64,000 bases of DNA from Caproicibacter sp. (lineage in GTDB: Bacteria > Bacillota > Clostridia > Oscillospirales > Acutalibacteraceae). Under the pieces are notes generated by a model that was not told where the DNA came from, ran no database searches, and saw nothing but the letters and a program-made list of their open reading frames with translations. The first letter of the stretch is position 1, and the number at the start of each line of letters is the position of its first letter. The translations under genes and the position numbers were made by a program. Where the stretch lies: the NCBI GenBank assembly GCA_036741535.1, contig DAINSB010000001.1, positions 1,503 through 65,502 of the forward strand. Reading direction: 5' to 3'. Below, in pieces: positions 48,038 through 55,602 of this stretch.

Positions 48038-49081
48038 TTGAAAGCGTTATTTCTCGCTGGAGGCATGGGCACACGGCTCAGGCCCCTGACCGACCATCTG
48101 CCGAAGCCAATGGTCCCGATCATGGGGGTTCCGCTTCTGGACAGAATCATCGAAGAGTTGAAAAGCTGCGGCGTGGACGAGATCGTGCTCAGCACCTGTT
48201 ACCGCGCCGACTGCATAGAAAGCCACTTCGCCCCGGAGGGAAAGCACGGCATGAAAATACACTGTGTCTGCGAGGAATCCCCTCTCGGGACCGGCGGAGC
48301 CATTCGGAACTGCCGGAAATATTTCGACGAAACGTTTTTCGTCTTCAATTCCGACATTCTAAGCAATATCGACCTGAAAAAGCTGATCGCCTTCCACCGG
48401 GCCAAGAAGCCCTGTGCGACGATCGCCGTCACCCGGGTCGACGACCCCTCCGCCTACGGGGTCATCGAATACGATGCGGAGGATATGGCCGTTTCTTTCA
48501 CGGAAAAGCCGGAGCCGGGAAAGGAGAAGTCGAACTTTATCAACGCCGGCATCTATGTGTTTGAACCCGAGGTGCTGGATCTCATCCCCGACGGGAAGCC
48601 CGTCTCGATCGAAAAGGACACGTTTCCGCTGCTGCTGAAAAAAAAGAAGCGCATCGCCGTCTACCGGGGAAACAAATACTGGATCGACATCGGAACGCCG
48701 AAAAAATATATGCAGGCGCACAAGGATATTTTCGACGGGCGCTGCAGCGTAAAAGAAAACAATTTCGGCAGCAGGAAAATCTACGGGGCGGTCGGCGCCG
48801 ATATTCACCCTTCGGCCAAAATCACCGGTCCCGTCTGGTTCGGAAAAGACGTTCATATCGGCGCCAACGCGGCCATCGGCCCGAACGTCGTGGTCGGCGA
48901 CGGCTTTCACGGCGGGCGGGGCTGCGTAGTCCGGAACAGCGTGATCTGGGACGGGGTCTCCACCGGCAGCGGCGTCGAGATCGACCATTCGGTCGTGACC
49001 TCCGGCTGCCGTCTGGAAAGCGGCGTACAGTGCACGGGAACCGTCTATTCGCAGGAAAGCAAACTGCCCTTTGAAGACTAG
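48038..49081 (+). CDS. NDP-sugar pyrophosphorylase (mannose-1-phosphate guanylyltransferase-like) with a C-terminal left-handed beta-helix
   Basis: TTG start 7 nt after AGGAGG. (M)KALFLAGGMGTRLRPLT. Hexapeptide repeats at the C-terminus. Confidence 0.85.
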   Translation: MKALFLAGGMGTRLRPLTDHLPKPMVPIMGVPLLDRIIEELKSCGVDEIVLSTCYRADCIESHFAPEGKHGMKIHCVCEESPLGTGGAIRNCRKYFDETFFVFNSDILSNIDLKKLIAFHRAKKPCATIAVTRVDDPSAYGVIEYDAEDMAVSFTEKPEPGKEKSNFINAGIYVFEPEVLDLIPDGKPVSIEKDTFPLLLKKKKRIAVYRGNKYWIDIGTPKKYMQAHKDIFDGRCSVKENNFGSRKIYGAVGADIHPSAKITGPVWFGKDVHIGANAAIGPNVVVGDGFHGGRGCVVRNSVIWDGVSTGSGVEIDHSVVTSGCRLESGVQCTGTVYSQESKLPFED

Positions 49082-49176
49082 AGGTTGGAAATCGGAGGTT
49101 GAAGGTTGGAAGGTCAAGAGAAACCCTCGAGTCTTGCCCTTCCTAACCTCTAACATCCAAATATCTAACATCTAAA
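49079..49176 (+). repeat. ~100-nt palindromic intergenic element, copy 2
   Basis: TAGAGGTTGGAAATCGGAGGTTGAAGGTTGGAAGGTCAAGAGAAACCCTCGAGTCTTGCCCTTCCTAACCTCTAACATCCAAATATCTAACATCTAA. The first 3 nt are the stop codon of the upstream gene. Confidence 0.75.
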
Positions 49177-49187
49177 TTACGAAAGGA

Positions 49188-50357
49188 ATGCAAACATTGG
49201 AACGACTGAAAAAGCGTATCGTATTTCTGAGCACGTATCCCCCGCGGGCCTGCGGGATCGCCACTTTCACGCAGGACCTGGCGGGCGCTCTGGCACAGAC
49301 CGGCAAGGCCGAATGCCATATCGCCGCCATCAGCGACGACCAATACGACTACCCGGACGAAGTGCTGTTTTCTATGAACCAGCAGGACCCGGACGCCTAC
49401 CCGGAAGCCGCCGGGCGGATCAACCAATTCGGGGCGGACGCCCTGATGATCGAGCATGAATACGGGATCTACGGGGGCAGGTCGGGGGAATATCTGCTGA
49501 AGCTGACCGGCATGCTGCAGGTCCCGTACTTCGTCACGCTCCACACCGTTCTGCCGAGGCCGAACAAAAAACAGCGTGAGATCATCCAAAGCCTGGCGGC
49601 GGGCTGCAAAAAGCTCGTCACCATGTCGTTTTTTTCCGTCAGGGTGCTGGAAGACGTCTACGGCGTCGATCCGCACAAAATCGTCGTGATTCCCCACGGG
49701 GTCCCGCGGCGCGCCGTAAGCAGCCGCGAGGTCCTCAAAAAGCAGGAAGGGCTCGCCGGCCGGTTCATCGTCAGCACGTTCGGCCTGCTGAGCCCCAGCA
49801 AGGGGCTGGAATACGGCATCGACGCGGTCGCGCGGGTCGCCAGGAAGCACCCGGAGCTGCTGTATCTGATCCTGGGGCAGACGCATCCGGTCATCAAGAG
49901 CCGGGATGGGGAACAATACCGGGAAAAGCTGGAGAACGCCGTCCAGGACTACGGAATTTCCGAAAATGTCCGGTTCGTCAACCGCTACCTGACAAAAGAA
50001 GAGATCATCCGCTACCTCTCCCTTTCTGACATCTATATGACTCCCTACCTGGGGCGCGAACAGGCCGTGAGCGGAACGCTCGCCTACGCGGTCGGGTACG
50101 GCCGCGTCATCGTCTCGACGCCGTATCCCTACGCGACCGAGATGCTGGCCGAAGGGCAGGGGCTGCTGGCGAAATTCCACAGTTCCGCTTCGCTTGCGAA
50201 GTGCATCCTCCAAGTGATCCGCCACCCGGAGATGCAGGCGCAGATGGAGAAAAAAACCGCAGAGCTGGGCAAAAGCATGATGTGGGACCGGGTGGCGGAA
50301 AACTATCTGGACCTGTTCGAGACCGTAATTTCAGAGCAAAAAGGAGAAACCGCATAA
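49188..50357 (+). CDS. GT4-family (group 1) glycosyltransferase
   Basis: 389-aa ORF with a GT-B fold and an E-x7-E-like region near the C-terminus. Confidence 0.8.
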   Translation: MQTLERLKKRIVFLSTYPPRACGIATFTQDLAGALAQTGKAECHIAAISDDQYDYPDEVLFSMNQQDPDAYPEAAGRINQFGADALMIEHEYGIYGGRSGEYLLKLTGMLQVPYFVTLHTVLPRPNKKQREIIQSLAAGCKKLVTMSFFSVRVLEDVYGVDPHKIVVIPHGVPRRAVSSREVLKKQEGLAGRFIVSTFGLLSPSKGLEYGIDAVARVARKHPELLYLILGQTHPVIKSRDGEQYREKLENAVQDYGISENVRFVNRYLTKEEIIRYLSLSDIYMTPYLGREQAVSGTLAYAVGYGRVIVSTPYPYATEMLAEGQGLLAKFHSSASLAKCILQVIRHPEMQAQMEKKTAELGKSMMWDRVAENYLDLFETVISEQKGETA

Positions 50358-51376
50358 TGGACCCGATCGACACACGCTACCTTTTCCGGATGACGGACGA
50401 CACCGCGATGTTCCAGCACGCCGTTCTCGGTGTGCCGGACCCGTCGGAGGGCTACACCGCGGACGACAACGCCCGGGCGCTGATCCTCGCGGACATGCTC
50501 TACAGCCGCTCCGAAGAGGAACAGTATGAGGCGCTCATGGTACGGTACCTGAGCTTTTTGGTTTACGCGGAGCGCGACCGATGGTTCCGGAATTTTATGG
50601 GATACCACCGCCGGTTTCTCGAAAAGCGCGGCTCCGAGGATTCCTTCGGGCGCTGCCTGCTCGCCCTGGGATACACCGCGTCGCAACCCCAGCTTCCCGC
50701 GTCGGTCCGCGGCGCTTCGGAAAGGCTGCTGCACCGCACGGTCTCGAGCTGCTCGATCCTGACTCATCTGAAAGGCAAGGCCTACGCGCTGGCCGGGCTG
50801 CTCCAGTGGAAAGATCCGGCCGCGCTGCCCTATGTCAAAATGCTGATCGACTCTCTCGTTGATACATACGCGCAGTATCGACGAGAAGACTGGCGCTGGT
50901 TCGACGATTCCGTCACGTACTGCAGCGCCATTCTGCCGGGCGTGATGATGTGCGCCTCGGAGCGCGACAAACGCTGCAGGCAGCTCGGGCTGGAAAGTCT
51001 CGATTTTCTGCTGGAAACGACGGAAAAAAACGGCGTTTTCAAGCCCGTCGGCTGCAAGGGCTGGTTCAAACGCGGGGGTCAGCCGGCCGAGTTCGACGAG
51101 CAGCCCGTGGAAGCCTGCGGCATGGTCCTGGCGTGCCTCAAAGCCTACGAAATGACCGGCGAGGGAAAATACCTTGCGAGCGCCAAGCGGTGCTTTCTCT
51201 GGTATCTCGGCGAAAACAGCCAGAGGATCTCTCTGATCGACACGGCGACCGGCGGTTGCTGCGACGGACTCACCCGGCACGGCCTGAACGGAAACGAGGG
51301 CGCCGAAAGCATCGTCTGCTGGCTGATCTCCGCGCTGGCGGCGGAACAGGAGCACTGGCTGCTGAAAGAGCCGTGA
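50357..51376 (+). CDS. conserved hypothetical protein (possible alpha/alpha-toroid glycan-binding or hydrolase fold), translationally coupled to GT4
   Basis: TAATG stop/start overlap and RBS AAAGGAGAAA. 339 aa with no motif I can name. Confidence 0.6.
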   Translation: MDPIDTRYLFRMTDDTAMFQHAVLGVPDPSEGYTADDNARALILADMLYSRSEEEQYEALMVRYLSFLVYAERDRWFRNFMGYHRRFLEKRGSEDSFGRCLLALGYTASQPQLPASVRGASERLLHRTVSSCSILTHLKGKAYALAGLLQWKDPAALPYVKMLIDSLVDTYAQYRREDWRWFDDSVTYCSAILPGVMMCASERDKRCRQLGLESLDFLLETTEKNGVFKPVGCKGWFKRGGQPAEFDEQPVEACGMVLACLKAYEMTGEGKYLASAKRCFLWYLGENSQRISLIDTATGGCCDGLTRHGLNGNEGAESIVCWLISALAAEQEHWLLKEP

Positions 51377-51392
51377 TCTCCGTTTCGACAGC

Positions 51393-53105
51393 CTACTGCG
51401 AAGACAGGGATTCCGGCGCGGAAGAAGACGCGGAATCCGGCCCGTTGCTGACGACGAGGATCACCTGAGAGCCGTAGGTCATCTGGTCGCCGGCTTTCGC
51501 GTTGTCCTGGTAGCCGACGACCCTTCCCTTCGGAACGGTGTCGCTGGGCTCTCCCTCCTTCGCGGGGACGGGAACCAGGCCGGCGGAAGTCACCGCGCTC
51601 GAAGCCTCCGAAAGCGTCTTGCCCGCGATGTCCGGCAGCGTGCGGAGGCGGGCGCCTTCGCTGACCACGACGACGATCGCCGTGCCTTTCGTCATGTTCG
51701 TCCCCGGCTTCGGGTCCTGAGAAATGATGCATCCTTCCGACACGGTGTCGCTGAACTGCTGAGAGGAAAGCAGAATCTGGTAGTCCTGGTTCTCTTCGTC
51801 CTGGGAGGACTGCTGGGAGACGAGTTGGGAATAATTCTGCCCGACAAGGTTGGGGACGGCGATCTGGTCGGCCTGCGCGGAAGCCTGCGCCGAGGCTCCG
51901 ACCTCCCCCGCCGCGGAAGACGGCCCGGAGGCTGCGGTCAGCTCCGCCATATTCTGGGAAGACGCGCCGTTGTGGTTCATCCAAAGGACGCCGATCCCCA
52001 TCAGGATGGCCAGCATGACCAGGCAGGAGGACCCGATCCACACAAAATCCGGGACCTTCTTCTTCGTTTTTTTCTGCGGGGCGGGGCCGGCCGGAGCCTC
52101 GGCGACTCGGTCGAATTTCTGGCTCGTCTCGATCGCGGCGGTGACGGTGGGGGCCGCGGAAAGCTCGGCCCTCAGCCGCTCGAAGGAGGGGGTCCTCTTT
52201 TCGGGCGAAACCTGCAGGGCGTTTGCCAGCGCGGACACGACATAGGGCGGAAGGCTGCGCATCAGGGCGTTGGAGATCATCAGCCTCGCGTCCGCCCGGC
52301 GCTTCGGCGCCTCCGGCGGCAGGGAGCCCGTCAGCGCGAAAAACAAAGACGCGGCAAAGCCGTAGATGTCGGTCTTTTCGTCGAGGGTGTCCCCGAAAAT
52401 ATACTGCTCGATCGCCGCGCAGCCCGGCACCAGGTCGGGCGGAAGGTCGGTGTCCATCTGCCGGACCTCGCGGATGGAAAAACCGCACAGCTTCATTTTC
52501 CCGTCTTTCATGATCTGCAGGGTCTCGGGGGAAATGCCCAGGTGGCAGACGGAATGCGCATGCAGCGAGCTGAGGGACGACAAGACCGGCATAAAGAGCT
52601 GCCGCGCGGTGTTCCACCCCAGATTTCCGCCGCTGCGCTCCACAAAATAGCGCAGCGGGATGCTGTCGTCCCATTCGGAGACCGTGTAGGCCGTGCCGTT
52701 CTCTTCAAAAATGTCGTAGATATGCTGGATAAAGGACAGTTCGCGCATATGGGCGATCTCGCGCGCGTAAGAGAGAAAATGCGACCTGCATTCCTCGAAC
52801 ACCGGCTCGCTTCCCCCCAGAACGCTGACCTTTTTCCCCTCCGCATCCCTTTCCGACAGGGAGCGGGGAAAGAATTCATGCAGCTCGACCGGGATATTCA
52901 GCACGGTGTCGTAGCCGATGTAGACCATGCCTTCGCCGTTGACGCTCTTCATGCATCCGGTCAGATACCGGTCCTGCAGGGGAGTCTGATACGCCAGAGC
53001 GCCGCTCTGCTGCGGATCCTCCCGGCGATGGCCGCAGACAGGGCATGTCTCTTTGCCTTCCATGTCGGACATGCAGTTCATACACAGATTGTCGATGTCA
53101 GTCAT
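51393..53105 (-). CDS. zinc-ribbon / pseudokinase / TM / 2x PASTA protein
   Basis: Start MTDIDNLCMNCMSD..CPVCGH after GGAGG. The kinase fold is recognisable, but VAIK becomes VELH, HRD becomes HLG and DFG becomes GFS. PASTA repeats follow the TM helix. Confidence 0.8.
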   Translation of the reverse strand: MTDIDNLCMNCMSDMEGKETCPVCGHRREDPQQSGALAYQTPLQDRYLTGCMKSVNGEGMVYIGYDTVLNIPVELHEFFPRSLSERDAEGKKVSVLGGSEPVFEECRSHFLSYAREIAHMRELSFIQHIYDIFEENGTAYTVSEWDDSIPLRYFVERSGGNLGWNTARQLFMPVLSSLSSLHAHSVCHLGISPETLQIMKDGKMKLCGFSIREVRQMDTDLPPDLVPGCAAIEQYIFGDTLDEKTDIYGFAASLFFALTGSLPPEAPKRRADARLMISNALMRSLPPYVVSALANALQVSPEKRTPSFERLRAELSAAPTVTAAIETSQKFDRVAEAPAGPAPQKKTKKKVPDFVWIGSSCLVMLAILMGIGVLWMNHNGASSQNMAELTAASGPSSAAGEVGASAQASAQADQIAVPNLVGQNYSQLVSQQSSQDEENQDYQILLSSQQFSDTVSEGCIISQDPKPGTNMTKGTAIVVVVSEGARLRTLPDIAGKTLSEASSAVTSAGLVPVPAKEGEPSDTVPKGRVVGYQDNAKAGDQMTYGSQVILVVSNGPDSASSSAPESLSSQ

Positions 53106-53214
53106 GCTGCCGCCTCCGAACGCAAGATAGACTGAGGATTCTTCCTTTATTCTGATCATCCGCAACCGGATTATCCAATCCTTTGCAGAACATTTCCATA
53201 AAAACAGGGAAAAA

Positions 53215-53390
53215 CACAAAAGCCTCTCCCATGAAACGCGCGCACACGATGGAAGAGGCCTCTTTCAACCCTTATTATCCCTATGAAAAGAAGCCGCAGC
53301 AATCCGGAGTTCCCCGCCGGCCCCCGCTGCCGTTCCCGGAAAATTCTAAAGCAGGCTGCCTTGTATCAGCCGCTTTCCCCCTAAACATTC
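53215..53390 (-). ncRNA. candidate ~175-nt small RNA or regulatory leader (promoter-to-terminator unit)
   Basis: Extended -10 TGTTATAAT (plus strand 53396-53404). The unit ends in the hairpin GCCTCTTCCA...TGGGAGAGGC followed by TTTTGTGTTTTT (53215-53262). No convincing ORF inside. Confidence 0.4.
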
Positions 53391-53459
53391 AGTTCATTAT
53401 AACATAACTTTTCAGCCCGCACAAGCAAATTCTGTCGGACGGGCGATGGCCGGGCAGGC

Positions 53460-53528
53460 AAAAAAATGTGGAAACCGAAGTCTCGGGGGACGGCGTCTTC
53501 AGTCCGCCCCCGGCATTCCGGTTTCCAC
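53460..53528 (-). terminator. rho-independent terminator after yebC
   Basis: GTGGAAACCG...CGGTTTCCAC long hairpin followed by ATTTTTTT. Confidence 0.8.
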
Positions 53529-53543
53529 TCCGGGCTCTTCCGG

Positions 53544-54287
53544 TCAGGATTCCTCTTCCTCCGGATTCTCCCAGTTGTGCCAGATGTTCTGCACGTCGTC
53601 GTTGTCTTCCAGCGCGTCGAGAAGGTGCTGCATCCGGGACGCGGCGCCCTCCTCCGTCAGCGACGTGTAGCTGTTCGGGACCATCTCGATCTCCGCGGAC
53701 ACGAACTCGTAACCCTTTTTCTCAAGCTCCGACAGGACGCCGCTGAAATCCTCCGGTTCCGTGTAGATCTCGAACACGTCCTCGTCCGCCTGAAAATCGG
53801 AAGCACCGACCTCGAGGGCGTCCTCCATGACCTTATCCTCGTCCCGGCCTTCGCGCTCGACGACCAGCACGCCTTTTTTGGAAAAGAGGAACGAAACGCA
53901 TCCGCTGGTTCCGAGGTTCCCGCCGTACTTGTCGAAATAATGGCGCAGGTCGCCCGCCGTGCGGTTGCGGTTGTCGGTCAGCGTCTCGACGATCACGGCG
54001 ATCCCGTTCGGCCCGTAGCCCTCGTAGGTGATGTTTTCATATTTGGTGTCATCGCCGTCGCCGGCGGCCCGTTTGATGATGCGCTCGATATTGTCGTTCG
54101 GGACGTTCGCCGCTTTCGCCTTGGCGATGCAGTCCTTCAGGCGGGAATTCGCGTTCGGGTCAGGCCCGCCCCCCTCTTTCACCGCCACGGAGATCTCACG
54201 GCCGATCTTGGTAAAAACCTTGGCTCTGGCGCCGTCGGTCTTTTCTTTCTTGCGCTTGATATTGTTCCACTTTGAATGGCCTGACAT
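53544..54287 (-). CDS. yebC: YebC/PmpR-family DNA-binding regulator
   Basis: MSGHSKWNNIKRKKEKTDGARAKVFTK, a diagnostic N-terminus. Confidence 0.92.
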   Translation of the reverse strand: MSGHSKWNNIKRKKEKTDGARAKVFTKIGREISVAVKEGGGPDPNANSRLKDCIAKAKAANVPNDNIERIIKRAAGDGDDTKYENITYEGYGPNGIAVIVETLTDNRNRTAGDLRHYFDKYGGNLGTSGCVSFLFSKKGVLVVEREGRDEDKVMEDALEVGASDFQADEDVFEIYTEPEDFSGVLSELEKKGYEFVSAEIEMVPNSYTSLTEEGAASRMQHLLDALEDNDDVQNIWHNWENPEEEES

Positions 54288-54358
54288 AAATCGTCCTCCC
54301 AGTTCCTTCGCGTTTTGCGCTGTTTTTCAGTATAGCACCGTTTCAGAATATTGGCAAG

Positions 54359-55432
54359 CTAAATCAGCCTGCGGCCGTCGCAGTAGAAACAGGTCAGCAT
54401 GTCCCCCGCCTCGCTGAACAGATTCGGCAGGTACGGTTCGGTCTGCGTGATGCAGGCGGGGTTCGTGCACCGGATCGGATGCGTGGAAGCCGGGATCTTC
54501 GGCTTCGGCCGGATCTTCGAGTTCTGAAGGATGGTCAGGATCAGCGCCATGCGCGCATACATCCCGTAGACGGTCTGCCTGAAATAGGTGGCGCGGGGGT
54601 CGCGGTCGACGCCTTCGGCGATCTCGTCCACGCGCGGCAGCGGATGAAGGATCCGCAGGTCCGGCTTTGCGAACCGGAGCTTGTGCTCGTCGAGGATGTA
54701 GACGCCCTTCTGGCTCTCGTATTCCTCACGGCTTTTGAACCTCTCCCGCTGGATGCGGGTCATGTAGAGCACGTCGAGCTGCGGCAGCGCCTCTTCGAGC
54801 GACGCGACCTCGTCCCAGTGGCAGCCGGCGGCGTCCATCACGTCCTTGACGTACTGCGGGAGCGCGAGCTCCGGCGTGGAGATCAGCACGAACCGGTTTC
54901 CGGGAAAACGCGTCATCGTCTTGATCAGCGAATGCACGGTGCGGCCGTAGATCAGGTCCCCGCACAGGCCGATGCACAGATGGTCGAGCCGCCCCTTTTC
55001 ATTATAGAGCGTCACAAGGTCGGTCAAAGTCTGCGTGGGGTGCAGATGGCCGCCGTCGCCGGCGTTGATGATGGGCACCCTGGAATAGAGAGTGGCGGCC
55101 GCGGCGGCGCCCTCCCGCGGGTTGCGCATCACGATCAGGTCCGTGTAGCCGCTGACGACGGTGATGGTGTCTTTCAGGCTCTCGCCTTTCGAGACGGAGC
55201 TGTTCTGAGGGTTGTCAAACCCGATCACCTCGCCCCCGAGGCGGTACATGGCGGCCTGGAACGACATCTTCGTGCGGGTGGACGGTTCATAAAACAACGT
55301 CGCCATGATCTTGCCGCGGCAGGATTCCCGGTAGGCCCACGGATTGCTGCGGATGCTGTCGGCAAGGCCGATCAGTTCCCGAAGGCTTTCCACGCTTAAC
55401 TGGTCGAGATCAATCATATGGTTGAGCTGCAC
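54359..55432 (-). CDS. pyrB: aspartate carbamoyltransferase catalytic chain fused to a PyrI-type C-terminal zinc domain
   Basis: STRTK, HPTQ and HPLPR motifs. C-terminal CTNPAC...CFYC. GTG start, or alternatively ATG at 55417. Confidence 0.85.
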   Translation of the reverse strand: MQLNHMIDLDQLSVESLRELIGLADSIRSNPWAYRESCRGKIMATLFYEPSTRTKMSFQAAMYRLGGEVIGFDNPQNSSVSKGESLKDTITVVSGYTDLIVMRNPREGAAAAATLYSRVPIINAGDGGHLHPTQTLTDLVTLYNEKGRLDHLCIGLCGDLIYGRTVHSLIKTMTRFPGNRFVLISTPELALPQYVKDVMDAAGCHWDEVASLEEALPQLDVLYMTRIQRERFKSREEYESQKGVYILDEHKLRFAKPDLRILHPLPRVDEIAEGVDRDPRATYFRQTVYGMYARMALILTILQNSKIRPKPKIPASTHPIRCTNPACITQTEPYLPNLFSEAGDMLTCFYCDGRRLI

Positions 55433-55526
55433 GTTCCCATCGCCTCAAATTCAATTTTTTGTATTTTATTGTATCATTCTTCGGCAAAAACCACAAGATG
55501 TTCCTGCGAATTTTAAACCGAAATAC

Positions 55527-55556
55527 TTGACAAGAAAGGTCCAACCGAACTACAAT
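55527..55556 (+). promoter_or_regulatory. sigmaA-type promoter of the activase gene
   Basis: TTGACA-18 nt-TACAAT, about 45 nt upstream of the ATG. Confidence 0.55.
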
Positions 55557-55602
55557 AAGCTGTTAAGAGATCTTTCACAACGACTGGATTGGCAGGTTAT
55601 GA

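Noticed and set aside
53183-53407. 74-aa plus-strand ORF, and a 56-aa minus-strand TTG ORF, in the yebC-kinase spacer.
   Set aside because: Neither has a credible RBS. Both run through terminator hairpins. The region is better explained as non-coding RNA or leader.
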